DNA of 64,000 nt from an uncultured Anaerolineae bacterium (GTDB lineage Bacteria; Chloroflexota; Anaerolineae; SSC4; Amarolineaceae): the NCBI GenBank assembly GCA_964580725.1, contig CAZOLV010000002.1, forward strand, positions 24,577 to 88,576. The letters run 5' to 3'. Numbering within the stretch: position 1 is the stretch's first letter; every line of letters begins with the position of its first letter. Positions 36,446 through 47,000 of this stretch are shown piece by piece. The translations under genes were made by a program, and so were the position numbers. Under the pieces are notes generated by a model. That model searched no databases, had not been told where the DNA came from, and was given only the letters and a program-made list of their open reading frames with translations.

Positions 36446-39400
36446 CTATCTCTGGGGCGCAGCGGGCGACAGACAACGGGCGATGGCCTGCACCATCTCT
36501 CCCATCTGGAATGGCTTGCGCAGCCAGGCGCCCACGCCCTGGTCGGCCAGCAACCGTAGCTCGCTCTCGTCCAGGGGATGTCCGCTGACGAAAATGACGG
36601 GCATTCGGTAGCCCTGGCCGCGCAGGGCCGCCAGCAGAGCCTTGCCGCCCATGCGCGGCATGACCAGATCGCTCAGCACCAGCGCGGGCTGTTCATCATT
36701 CCCCGCGGCCAGCAGCGCCAGGGCCTCCTCGCCGCTGCTCGCCGTGGCGACGCGGTAGTGACAGGTGCGCAGAAATTCGGCCAGAGCCTCGCGCAGAGGT
36801 TCGTTGTCCTCCACCAGCAACAGCAACTCGCCATTGCCCGACAACGGCTCATCCATCGCGGCCGGCAGCGCCTCGGCCTCCTCCATCAACGCGGGCAGAT
36901 AGAGGGTGAAGGTCGTGCCCTGGCCCACCTGACTGCGCACGGTGATCTGCCCGCCGTGCTGCCCCACAATGCCGTAGACCTGCGCCAGCCCCAGACCGGT
37001 GCCCTTGCCAGGCTCTTTGGTGGTGAAGAATGGCTCGAAGATGTGGGGGAGAACCTCCGGCGCAATGCCGCTGCCGGTGTCGCTGACGGTGATGCGCACC
37101 CAGTCGCCGGGGGTCATATCGGGCAGAGGAAGCGCTGACGCCTGCTGCAGACGCAGATGGGCCAGGCCGATGCTCAAATTGCCCCCTTCGGGCATGGCGT
37201 CGCGGGCGTTGATGGCCAGATTCATCACGATCTGCTGCATACGGGTCGGGTCGGCCAGCACCACATACTCGCCACCCTCGTCGGTCAGCTCGATGTGGAT
37301 ATGTTCGGGCAGGGTACGCTGCAGCAACTTCACCTGTTCCTTGCAGATCGGCAGCAAGTCGAGCGGCTGGCGTTCCAGCACGGCGCGACGGCTGAAGTCG
37401 AGAATCTGCCCGACCAGGGCGGCCGCGTGGCGGCCCTGCTGTTGGATGACGGAGAGTCGTTCGCGCTCTCTGGGCGTCAGACTGACGGAACGGTTCAGCA
37501 ACTGGGTCTGAAGCAGGATGACGCCCATCAGATTGTTGAAATCATGAGCGATGCCGGCGGCGAGCTGGCCAACCGCAGCCAGCCGTTCCTGGCGCTGAAG
37601 CTGCTCCTGCGCCTCGCGCTGGCGGGTGACATCCCGCACCATCAGCACCCATCCCCTGGCCGTCGGGCCTGGGGCCAGGGGATGGGCCAGGGCTTCGAAG
37701 GCGCGCCCGTTGCGCCGAATTCCGTGCCAGCCGCCGCCGGGTGGGGGGGTGAGCAGATGGGTCAGCGGACGGTCGCCCAGGCGCATCAGGCGAGCTCCAT
37801 CTTCGCCGCCGTCTTTCTGCAGCGCACCAGCAGAGGTGAACTCGGCTAGCAGAGCCAGATGCTCGTGGCCGGCCGGGTTGGTTTTCAGCAGCCGGTATTC
37901 GTCGTCCAGCAACAGAACCCCGTCCTGGACACTACACATGACCTGGCTCATCTGTTCGGCCTGGAACTGGGTCTCTGCGTGCAGGCGCAGGCGGTGCAGG
38001 GCGCTCCCGGCCATTTCGGCTAGCGAGGTCAGCAGCCGAGTTTCATCCGGTGTGATCTCGCGCGGCAACGGCACGGCCACAAACAGAATGCCCACCACCG
38101 CATCGGCGGTATGCAACGGCGCGCAGATGCCGCCCCAGCCTGGCGGGAATTTGGCAAGCGCCGTTGGCGCCAGCACCGCATCACTGACAAAGTCACCCAC
38201 AACGCGCGTTTGCCCGCTGGCATAGACCTCCCACCCAATTCCCTCGCCTCGCTTGATGGGCACGCCCAGGAGAGATTCGAACCGGCCGCGCGCAACCACC
38301 GCGCGCAATTCGTCGCTGGCCGGATCGTACAGGCAAATGAGACCCGCCTCGCTCTCAAGCACAGTGAGCGTTTCGCCCAACAGGCGCGGCAGCATTTCGT
38401 CCAGCGTTTGCGCCGTGCGCAGGGCGGTCGAAATTTTCGAGACGGCTTCCAGCTCAGCCAGGCGGTGACGCAACGACTCTTCGGCGCGTTTGCGCTGGAT
38501 GGCGGCGGTAAGATGGCCTGCAAGGGACTCCATCCTCCGCACATCTTCGCCGGTGAAGGGTTGGCTGCCGCCGATGTCCATGACGCCGATGATGCCTTCT
38601 TTGGACGCCAGCGGCACGATCATTTCCGCTTCGACGCCCAGGAGTTTGGGAAGTAGGGGCATTGCCTGCCGCGCGGCGGCGCGCATGACGGGGCCGACCG
38701 CCGCGGATTCGGCGAACGCGAGATAATGCTCCACCACGCCAGCCAGGTCGTTGATCGCCTGAATTTTCTTCGTCTCCAGCGCGCGGTGAAAGGGATGGGA
38801 CGCGTCCAGTTCGATCTTCACGCGCGGCATTTGGAAGCCGAGCATGGTTTCGAGTTTCTTCAACAGACCGGGGGGCAGCGCCATGTTCTGGTTCGCCAGG
38901 TGTTCGCTCCCGTTCTTTTCCAGCAGGTACACGGTCGCGCCGTGGCCGCCGAAGATGCGTTCGAGCCCGTTCGATACGATAGCGATGACAGTGGAGAGGC
39001 TTTCGCCGCGGTTGAGCGCCTGGTTGACCGCATCGAGCATCGAGAGGTCTTCGTTGCGGCGGCGGATCTCGGCCTCGGCCTGTTTGCGTTCGGAGATGTC
39101 GCGCACCACTACCAGCAGGGAAAGTTTGCCATCAATGATATGCGTCCGCCCGCTGACTTCCACGGGGAATCGCTCGCCGTCCGCGCGCAGGTTGACGGTT
39201 TCGATGAAATGCTCCGAGAGTCCGCCGTTTCCGTCTTCATCGAGCATCAATACTTCCTGACCCGGCGGCACCAGGTCGGCGACTTTCTTTTTCAGGAATT
39301 CTTCGCGCGTGTAGCCGAACATCCGGCAGGCGCTCTCGTTCACGTCCACGATATCCCCTGCGAGCGATTCGACGAAGATGGCTTCCCGCACACCGTCGAA

Positions 39401-40243
39401 GATGCCGCGGTAGCGAATCTCGCTCTCGCGCAGGCTTTCTTCGGCCTGCTTGCGCCCGGTAATGTCCATCACGACGGCGGTGAAGAACGCGCGCCCGCCC
39501 TCGGCGTGTTTGGAAATGCTGATCTCGCAGGGGAATTCGGCGCCGTCCTTGCGCACGCCCGCCAGTTCGCCGCGCGCCCACCTCATGCGCGAGGCTTCTT
39601 CCAAAGCGTGAAAATCCTCGACCCGTCGGCGATGCGCTTCGACGAAACGCGCCGGCAGGAGGACATCGAGCGGCTGGCCGACGATCTCCGCTTCGGAATA
39701 GCCGAAGATGTTCCGCGCGGCTTCGTTGAAGGCTTCGATCTTCTGCGCCTCGTTCACCACGATGACGGCTTCCGCGGCGTGCGTGAGGATGTTGGACAGC
39801 CGCGACTGGCTGGCGCGCAGGTCTGCTTCGGCTTTTTGTTTTTCCGCCCGCAGGCGATGGTCTTCCAGCGCGTGGACGACGGCCTGCCCCAGGCGCGCCA
39901 GGCGGTCTTTGAGCAGGTAATCGGCCGCGCCGTCCTTCATGGCTTGCACAGCGATGTCTTCGCCCACGGCGCCGGAGACGAGGATGAAGGGAATGTCCAG
40001 CCCTCGCGCGCGCACGAGTTGGAGGGCGCGCACGCCGTCGAACTGCGGCAGGTGGTAATCCGCCAGGATCAGGTCGTAGGGGCGGGCGTCTCGGCCGCCG
40101 TGATCGAGCGCGTCGAGAAATTCCCACTCGCTGACCACGCGCTTCCAATCCGGCGCGAACCCCGCCGCGCGCAGATGCGCCAGCATCAATTCGGCGTCGG
40201 AGGGATTGTCTTCGAGGATCAGGGTTTTCAATACAGCAGGCAT
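36446..40243 (-). CDS. Hybrid sensor histidine kinase (REC-PAS-PAS-GAF-GAF-HK-REC)
   Basis: [20 protein letters not shown] repeats; [45 protein letters not shown]-terminal LSDLVMP...KPF. Confidence 0.93.
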   Translation of the reverse strand: MPAVLKTLILEDNPSDAELMLAHLRAAGFAPDWKRVVSEWEFLDALDHGGRDARPYDLILADYHLPQFDGVRALQLVRARGLDIPFILVSGAVGEDIAVQAMKDGAADYLLKDRLARLGQAVVHALEDHRLRAEKQKAEADLRASQSRLSNILTHAAEAVIVVNEAQKIEAFNEAARNIFGYSEAEIVGQPLDVLLPARFVEAHRRRVEDFHALEEASRMRWARGELAGVRKDGAEFPCEISISKHAEGGRAFFTAVVMDITGRKQAEESLRESEIRYRGIFDGVREAIFVESLAGDIVDVNESACRMFGYTREEFLKKKVADLVPPGQEVLMLDEDGNGGLSEHFIETVNLRADGERFPVEVSGRTHIIDGKLSLLVVVRDISERKQAEAEIRRRNEDLSMLDAVNQALNRGESLSTVIAIVSNGLERIFGGHGATVYLLEKNGSEHLANQNMALPPGLLKKLETMLGFQMPRVKIELDASHPFHRALETKKIQAINDLAGVVEHYLAFAESAAVGPVMRAAARQAMPLLPKLLGVEAEMIVPLASKEGIIGVMDIGGSQPFTGEDVRRMESLAGHLTAAIQRKRAEESLRHRLAELEAVSKISTALRTAQTLDEMLPRLLGETLTVLESEAGLICLYDPASDELRAVVARGRFESLLGVPIKRGEGIGWEVYASGQTRVVGDFVSDAVLAPTALAKFPPGWGGICAPLHTADAVVGILFVAVPLPREITPDETRLLTSLAEMAGSALHRLRLHAETQFQAEQMSQVMCSVQDGVLLLDDEYRLLKTNPAGHEHLALLAEFTSAGALQKDGGEDGARLMRLGDRPLTHLLTPPPGGGWHGIRRNGRAFEALAHPLAPGPTARGWVLMVRDVTRQREAQEQLQRQERLAAVGQLAAGIAHDFNNLMGVILLQTQLLNRSVSLTPRERERLSVIQQQGRHAAALVGQILDFSRRAVLERQPLDLLPICKEQVKLLQRTLPEHIHIELTDEGGEYVVLADPTRMQQIVMNLAINARDAMPEGGNLSIGLAHLRLQQASALPLPDMTPGDWVRITVSDTGSGIAPEVLPHIFEPFFTTKEPGKGTGLGLAQVYGIVGQHGGQITVRSQVGQGTTFTLYLPALMEEAEALPAAMDEPLSGNGELLLLVEDNEPLREALAEFLRTCHYRVATASSGEEALALLAAGNDEQPALVLSDLVMPRMGGKALLAALRGQGYRMPVIFVSGHPLDESELRLLADQGVGAWLRKPFQMGEMVQAIARCLSPAAPQR

Positions 40244-40254
40244 GGAACCCTCAC

Positions 40255-40311
40255 ATTTCGATTTCGGATTGCTGATTGCGGATCCAAAATCAGCAATCTA
40301 AAATCTAAAAT
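40255..40311. repeat. Heptamer-repeat palindrome overlapping the 3' end of the upstream kinase
   Basis: ATTTCG-ATTTCGG-ATTGCTG-ATTGCGG ... CAAAATC-AGCAATC-TAAAATC-TAAAAT. Confidence 0.75.
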
Positions 40312-42670
40312 AAAATGTCGCGCCTTTGTCCACTTCGGCTTCCGCCCAGACCTGCCCGCCGTGACGGTGGACGATGCGCTGGACGATGGCGAGACCGACG
40401 CCCGTGCCTTCGTATTCCTCGGCGCGGTGCAGGCGTTGGAAGACGCCGAAGAGTTTATCCGCATATTTCATGTCGAAGCCGACGCCGTTGTCTCTTACAA
40501 AATAGATTTTAGAATTTAAATTTAAGATTTCAGATTTGAGCGGATAGGAATCCCAATCTGCAATCTGCGATCTAAAATCTGAAATCGTAAGCGCGCCGAC
40601 TTCGATCCGCGCCTTCTCCCGCGCGCGCGTGTATTTGAGCGCGTTGGAAAGCAGGTTGAGGAAGACTTGTTTCAGCAATGCCGGGTCGGCTTCGCAATCG
40701 GGCAGGTCGCCGATGATGAGTTCCACCTCGCGCCCGTCCTGCTCGGCATGGAGTTCCTCCAGCGCGCGGCTGACGATGACGAGCGGCGAGACGGTCTCTT
40801 TTTTGAGCGGCTGTTTCCCGAGGCGCGAGAATGCCAGCAGGTCGTCCACCAGTTGACCCATGCGCCGGGCGTTGTCGCGGATGAGGTTGAAGTAGCGCGC
40901 GCCCTCTTCGTCCAGGGATGCGGTGTGCGTTTCGAGCAGGATGCGCGAGAAGCCGTCTATGGCGCGCAGCGGGGCGCGCAGGTCGTGCGAGACGGAGTAG
41001 GCGAAGGCTTCGAGTTCTCCGTTGGCGGATTTCAACTCGGCGGTGCGCTCACGGACGCGCTCTTCGAGTTCCACGTTCAGTTTGCGGATTTCCTCCTCCG
41101 CGCGCCTGCGCTCGGTGATGTTCACACTGGCGCAAGTCACCCCAACAATCTTGCCAGTGGCGCCGCGCACCGGCTCGACGGTGAGATCATAGAAAAACGC
41201 CTCCCCGCCGATGTTTATGCGGACTTGTTCGCGGGCGGTGACGCCAGTCTCCACAACGCGCCGCTTGATTTGGGTCAAGTATGCGGCATCTTCAGCCGGG
41301 AGCAGTTCGGCGTCGGTTTTGCCCAGCACTGTCTCCGGCGTGAATCCTGGGTGCGGGTTGTAAATCCAGGTATAGCGCAAATCCAGGTCTTGATTGAAGA
41401 CGACGATGGGTGAGTTTTCGAGCGCCAGACGGAACCGTTCTTCGCTCTCGCGCAGCGCTTCTTCCGCCCGCCTGCGCTCGGTGATGTCCTGTTTGACGGC
41501 GATGAAGTTGGCGACCCTGCCCTGCGAATCCAATACCGGCGTGATGGTCTGTTCGTCGAGATAGATCGAACCGTCCTTGCGTTGGTTGACCAGCACGCCA
41601 TGCCAGGTCTTCCCCGCCAGGATGGTATCCCACAGGTCTTTGTAAAATTCCCGCTTTTGCCTGCCCGATTTCAAGATGCGCGGATTTTTGCCGGTGATTT
41701 CCGCGGCGGAATAACCGGTGAGGGAGGTGAACGCCGGGTTGACCCATTGGATGTTTCCCGCCGCGTCGGTGATGACGATGGCGTTGGCGGAGGCTTCCAG
41801 CGCGGCGCCCTGCAGGCGCAGCGTGCGCTCGTCGCGCTGGCGCGCGATTTCGGCTTGCTGGAGCAGTTCGGCGTTCCACCAGACGAGGGCGGTGAAAACG
41901 AGAGTGGACGCGAGGGCGAAGAGTCCCACGCCAAACCCGGTTTCGTACAACCCGGCGCGTTCGCCCAACAGGCGGAGCCAGCCCAACACAAAGGGAATGA
42001 ACACGGCGGCTGGCAGCAGGCGCCGCGCCATCGTCCCGCCGTGTCCATCGCTGGCGAGAAGCCGAACCAGTCCGCCGTCTTGGCGCGCAAACAGGACGCC
42101 CAATCCCAAAACGAAGAACGCCGCCGAGGTGTGCAAAGCCATGCTCGCAAAGGGGAAGACGTCGTAGAGCGATTCGACGTTGTAGGCGTACCCCATCAGC
42201 GCCAACAAGGATACTGAAAGCGAAACCAGCGACAGGGAGGGCGCGATCCGCCGCCGCCAGCGTTGATCCAGCGCGAGCAGGGCAATTCCCAACAGGAGGA
42301 AGTTGAGCGCGGTCGCCTCCGACATGCGAAGCGGCTCGGGCGCGTGGAACAGGAGGCGGTCTATGCCGAAATCCAAATCGAGAAGGGTTTCGCCGAGGGT
42401 GAGCGCCCCGATCAGGGCGGGGAGGGAGGCGAGCGTCCGCTCCAGTCGCCGCGTCCAGCCGGTCGGATGTCCGCGCTGGATCCACAGCGACGCGCCCGCG
42501 CAAGCGAAGGCGAACGCGGTGTTCGGTTTCATCGTCGCCAGCCCCGGCAGGACGCTTTTCAGCGCTTCGATCTCGAACAGCCAGCCCAAAAGCACGGAGA
42601 GACCGACCGCCAGCGCGGCGGGTCCGGCAAAACGAGCAAGGAGTTGGGGCAAGCGAGTTTGGGCTTTCAT
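40298..42670 (-). CDS. Membrane-bound PAS-PAS sensor histidine kinase (phytochrome/Cph1-type kinase module)
   Basis: About seven N-terminal TM segments; two PAS domains; LEAFAYSVSHDLRAPLR, NLLSNALKY, DNGVGFD, FQRLH, GTGVGLA. Confidence 0.92.
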   Translation of the reverse strand: MKAQTRLPQLLARFAGPAALAVGLSVLLGWLFEIEALKSVLPGLATMKPNTAFAFACAGASLWIQRGHPTGWTRRLERTLASLPALIGALTLGETLLDLDFGIDRLLFHAPEPLRMSEATALNFLLLGIALLALDQRWRRRIAPSLSLVSLSVSLLALMGYAYNVESLYDVFPFASMALHTSAAFFVLGLGVLFARQDGGLVRLLASDGHGGTMARRLLPAAVFIPFVLGWLRLLGERAGLYETGFGVGLFALASTLVFTALVWWNAELLQQAEIARQRDERTLRLQGAALEASANAIVITDAAGNIQWVNPAFTSLTGYSAAEITGKNPRILKSGRQKREFYKDLWDTILAGKTWHGVLVNQRKDGSIYLDEQTITPVLDSQGRVANFIAVKQDITERRRAEEALRESEERFRLALENSPIVVFNQDLDLRYTWIYNPHPGFTPETVLGKTDAELLPAEDAAYLTQIKRRVVETGVTAREQVRINIGGEAFFYDLTVEPVRGATGKIVGVTCASVNITERRRAEEEIRKLNVELEERVRERTAELKSANGELEAFAYSVSHDLRAPLRAIDGFSRILLETHTASLDEEGARYFNLIRDNARRMGQLVDDLLAFSRLGKQPLKKETVSPLVIVSRALEELHAEQDGREVELIIGDLPDCEADPALLKQVFLNLLSNALKYTRAREKARIEVGALTISDFRSQIADWDSYPLKSEILNLNSKIYFVRDNGVGFDMKYADKLFGVFQRLHRAEEYEGTGVGLAIVQRIVHRHGGQVWAEAEVDKGATFYFRF
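40505..40586. repeat. Heptamer-repeat palindrome inserted in frame in the kinase ATPase domain
   Basis: GATTTTA-GAATTTA-AATTTAA-GATTTCA-GATTTG ... CAATCTG-CAATCTG-CGATCTA-AAATCTG-AAATC; AT-rich against GC-rich flanks. Confidence 0.75.
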
Positions 42671-43149
42671 AATTTAGCGGTCTTTGATTTCCGATTGCGG
42701 ATTTGCGATTGCAGATTGCCGATCCGCACTCCGAGACTTGGGGCAAGCAAAGTCGAACCCTCCGCAATCGAATCAACGTTCACCTGTTTGCGAATCGTGG
42801 GAACGAGCGTGTCGGTCATTGTTTTTTTGGAAACGAAATCGTGCGCGCCGGCTTGCAGGGCGGCGGCGCGAAAGGTGGAATCTTCCATGATGGTTAGGAC
42901 GATAATCTTGGTTTTGGGCAGTTCTTTTTTGAAGCGCGGGATCAAGTTCAAGCCTGATTCGCCTCCGGCCAGGTTGAGGTCGAGCAGGATGACGTCGGGC
43001 AGCAATTTGCCGGATTGGGCAAAGGCGTCCTCGCCCCCGGCAGAAACGCCCACGACTTGGAACACTCCCTGGAAATGGAGGTAATCGGCGGCAGCCGCCA
43101 GGAAATGCGGACTGTCGTCCACGAGCAGGATGCGGATGGGTTCGGTCAT
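42667..43149 (-). CDS. Stand-alone response regulator receiver protein
   Basis: IRILLVDD, PDVILLDLNL, IIVLT, GAHDFVSK; the C-terminal tail is encoded by heptamer repeats at 42686-42723. Confidence 0.87.
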   Translation of the reverse strand: MTEPIRILLVDDSPHFLAAAADYLHFQGVFQVVGVSAGGEDAFAQSGKLLPDVILLDLNLAGGESGLNLIPRFKKELPKTKIIVLTIMEDSTFRAAALQAGAHDFVSKKTMTDTLVPTIRKQVNVDSIAEGSTLLAPSLGVRIGNLQSQIRNRKSKTAKL

Positions 43150-43274
43150 GTTTTGCCTCGTTCGTGAAAATGCGGATACGTCCATCCTCACGATACCAGA
43201 GGCGGGTTCAAGCGTCTATTCGGTTGTGTACGGTATTTGGGTTGAGAGCGCCCTGTATTTTTCCCCTTTCTGGC

Positions 43275-43440
43275 GGGACGCGGAGAACGCGGATGTCATT
43301 CTTTTTCCGCGTCCTCCGCGTGCTGCACGATCCGCGTCCCAAAAACCTTGGGGAACGACTTCGTGAATTGGACGCGGATAAACGCGGAGAACGCGGATTT
43401 TAATCTTTTTCCGCGTTCATCTGCGCTCGCCCGCGTCCAA
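43275..43440. repeat. Two REP-like palindromes built on GGACGCGGA / TCCGCGTCC
   Basis: 43275-43340 and 43368-43440 each begin GGACGCGGA(GAACGCGGAT) and end CCGCGTCC. Confidence 0.75.
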
Positions 43441-43447
43441 CTCAAAG

Positions 43448-44092
43448 TTATTCAATGATACCGCGCTTCACCGCGTACTTCACCAGTTCGGTCTGCGTCT
43501 TCAAGCCCAGTTTCTTCATGAGATTCCCTCTGTGCATCTCGACGGTGCGCGGGCTGAGCGAGAGTTTCTCCGCGATCTGCGGATTGCTCAGTCCCTCCGC
43601 CGCGAGTTGAAAGACTTCGCGCTCGCGGTCGGTGAGATTCTCGAAGGGGTCTTTGGCGCGCGAGTCGTCCGCGCGCTGCATGTAGGCCTGGATGGCGCGT
43701 TCGTTGAGCGACGGGCTGAGGTACACGTTGCCCGCCAGCGCCTGCCGAATCGCAAAGACCAGTTCGCCCGAAGAACTTTTTTTCAACACGTAGCCCGCCG
43801 CGCCCGCCGCCAGCGACTCGACCACGTAACTCTCGGTGTCGTACATCGAAAGCACGATCACCTTCGTCGCGGGGGAAACGCGCTTGGTCCGCCGCGCCAC
43901 TTCCAGCCCCGAAAGACCCGGCATCATCATATCCACGATCAGCACTTCGGGCTTGTGTTTCTCCACCAGCGTCACCGCCTCCAGCCCGTCGCCCGTCTCG
44001 GCGATGACCTGGAAATCGGCTTGCGTTTCGAGCAACAGGCGCAGCGCCTCGCGCAATATCCGATGATCGTCGGCAAGCAGGATGGCGGTCAT
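43448..44092 (-). CDS. NarL/LuxR family response regulator
   Basis: ILLADDH, VDMMMPGLSG, LTDREREVFQLAAEGLSNPQIAEKLSLSPRTVEMHRGNLMKKLG. ATGA overlap with the kinase. Confidence 0.95.
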   Translation of the reverse strand: MTAILLADDHRILREALRLLLETQADFQVIAETGDGLEAVTLVEKHKPEVLIVDMMMPGLSGLEVARRTKRVSPATKVIVLSMYDTESYVVESLAAGAAGYVLKKSSSGELVFAIRQALAGNVYLSPSLNERAIQAYMQRADDSRAKDPFENLTDREREVFQLAAEGLSNPQIAEKLSLSPRTVEMHRGNLMKKLGLKTQTELVKYAVKRGIIE

Positions 44093-47000
44093 GCGCGCTC
44101 CTTCCACGGCAGGCGCATCGTTTTTCGCGAGCCTTTGCCCGGCGCGGATTCGATCTCGAACGTCCCGCCGACGAGTTGAACTCGTTCGCGCATCCCGCCC
44201 AGCCCGCGGTTCAGCGCCAGCGCGGCTACCGGATCGAACCCGACTCCGTCGTCTTCGATTTGGATCTCCATCCCTGCGCCTCTTTTCTGGACTTCGAGCC
44301 TGACCCGCGTCCCACGGGAGTGACGCGCCACGTTGGTCAGCGACTCTTGTGCGACGCGATAGGCGGTCGTCTCGATCTCGGACGTGAAGCGTATGCCCTC
44401 CACGCCGCGGTGTTCGAACTCCACCGCAACGCCCGTCTCCTCCTGAAAGCGATTGACCTGCCAGGTCAGGGCGGGGATGAGCCCGAGGTCGTCGAGCATG
44501 GGCGGGCGCAGTTGAAGCGAGAGGCGGCTGACGCGGTCGAGCAGGTCGGCGGCGAAGGTCTGCGCCTGTCCGATCTTCGCCGCGGCGGCGTCGGCGGGCA
44601 GTTGACCCGCCAGATCGAGCGTGATCTTCATGGCGGTCAGTATCTGCCCGAACTGGTCGTGCAGTTCGCGCCCGATGGCGCGGGCTTCGCTCTCGCGCGT
44701 TTCGACCAAACGGCGCGAGAGTTCCGCCAGGCGGTCGTTGTTGAGGCGCGTCTCTTCGAGCAGGCGCGCGTTCTTCAAGCCCAGCGCGGCTTGGTCGGCG
44801 AGCGTTTCCAGAAACGCGGCGATGGCTCTGAAATCGCGCTTGTCTTTCGAGGCAAGCCCGATCACGCCCAGGACTTCGTTTTCGGTGCGCAGGGGCAGGG
44901 CGGCAAAGGAGGTCACGCCCGCCCGTTTGCACTCCATCCACGTGCAGCGCAGGTCGGTGTGGATGTCCGTGGAATAGATCGCCTGCGCTTCTTTGGCGGC
45001 AAGCCCGCACAGACATTCGCTCACGCGGTGGACGGGGGTTTCGTCGTGGCGCAAGCCGTCCGCCGGGGCGTGCGAGCCGCGCAGGAACATGTCCTTTCCC
45101 TGTCGCATGAAGAACATCGCCAGGTCGGGTGTGACGACTCTCAGGATTTCCTCCAAAACCGCTTCCATCACACCTTCGACCGAGAGGCTGGAGGCGACGC
45201 GCCGACCGAGAACGTAGAGCGCGGCTTGCTGTTCGGCGCGCCGGTGGATTTCCTCCTCCGCGCGCTTGCGCTCGGTGATGTCCAGCGACGTGTTGAGAAT
45301 GTATTTCTCGCCGCCGATGGTCACAAGGTCAATGTTGATGGAGAAGAGTCGCGCCTGTCCCGACTTTGTGCGCAGGGTCAGCTCCAGGTTGTGAACAAAG
45401 CCGCGCTCTTTCAATTCGGCAAGCGCGCGCGCCCGCACTTCCGCGTCGGGATTGAAGGCCAGTTCCAGGGACGTTTTGCCGATCGCTTCCTGCCGGCTGA
45501 AACCAAGCGCTTGCTCGAACGCTTCGTTGACGTGGACGATGACGCCATCCGGCAGGGAGGATAGCACAATGGAATACGGCGCCTTTTCGAATAGGGTGGA
45601 GAATTTTTCTTCACTCTCGCGCAACGCATCCTCCGCCCGCTTGCGCTCGGTGATGTTCATCATCTGGGAAAGCAGATACTTTTCCCCGCGCTGTTCGATG
45701 ATCTCTGTGTTGAATAGGGCGTAGCCCTTTTCGCCTGATTTGTTCTTGAACTCGAATTCGAAGTCCCGCAATCTCCCCGCTTGAAGCAAAGCCGCGTATG
45801 CCTGTTGGCATTTCGATGGGTCTGCCCAGAAATCGAAATCGGCGGCTTGCTTGCCGAGAGATTCAGCGCGGGCGTATCCGAACATTTCTTCCCAAGCCGT
45901 GTTGACATCCACGATCCTTCGTTCGGTCAATGTTGCCAGCACGGAAGCCAGCGGGCTGGCGTGAAATGTTGTAAGGAAAAGGTCGCGGGTAAAACGCAGC
46001 TCTTGCTCCGCGCGCTTGCGTTCGGTGATGTCGGTGACAAAGCCCTCCAGCGCCAGCAAGGTTCCATGGGGGTCGTACACGCCGCCGCCCCGCTCCCATA
46101 CCCACTTCTCCGCGCCGCCCGCCGCCGCGATCCGATAGGTGAGCTCATACGAACGGCGTGCGCCCAACGCCGATTGGATTTCGTCCCAGACGCGCTTGCG
46201 GTCGTCCGCGTGAATCCGATCACCGAATTCGCGGCGATGCTCCATGAAGTCGGAGACTGGATAGCCCGTCAGAGGGAGAATGCCCTCGCTGACAAACTCT
46301 GTTGTCCAGTCCCTGTCGTTGCGGGCGCGATACACCACGCCCGGCAGGTTGCCGATGATGGCGACAAGCTGTCTTTGAGATTCGCGCAGTTGTTCCTCCG
46401 CCTGTTTACGCGCGGTGATGTCGGTTGAAATGCCGCAAAGCGCGTACGGCGCGCCGTTCAAATCGAAAAGCGGAAATTTGACTGAGACGTACGTGTGAAG
46501 GACGCCATCGTCGAGCCGGGCGGACTCTTCGAATGTAATGGGAATGCGCCCCTCGACTACTTTCCGGTCGTTGGCGCGCAATTCCCGCGCCAGTTCGGCA
46601 GGAAAGATTTCGAAATCGGTTTTTCCAGTCAGATCCCTTCCCTCCCGGTTGAATAACTCCTCCCACTTCCGATTGAAGAGAAGGTAGCGGCCCTCCAAAT
46701 CCTTCATGAAGACGATCGAGGGGGAGTGATCCAGGATTGCCTGCAACTGCTGGCGGTTTCTCTGAATTGCCTCCTCCGCGCGCTTGCGCTCGGTGATCTC
46801 GGTGAAGAAAATCGAAAGCCCGTCTTTGGATGGGTAAATGCGGTTCTCGAACCAGCGATCCCACGGCGCGTAATAATCTTCGATCACCAGCGTTTCCTGC
46901 GTTTCCAGCGCGCGAACGTAGGCATTCGCAAACGGCGTGCCTTTCGCTTCGGGGAATTCCACCCAATAGTTTTTGCCGACCAGGTTTTCGGGTTTGCGCC

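Noticed and set aside
43215..43240. Weak inverted repeat upstream of the lone receiver gene as a NarL-type site
   Set aside because: Symmetry is too poor to support a call.
43448..45016. 522-aa response regulator with a long N-terminal extension
   Set aside because: The extension overlaps the kinase in another frame; the real start is the ATGA overlap at 44092.
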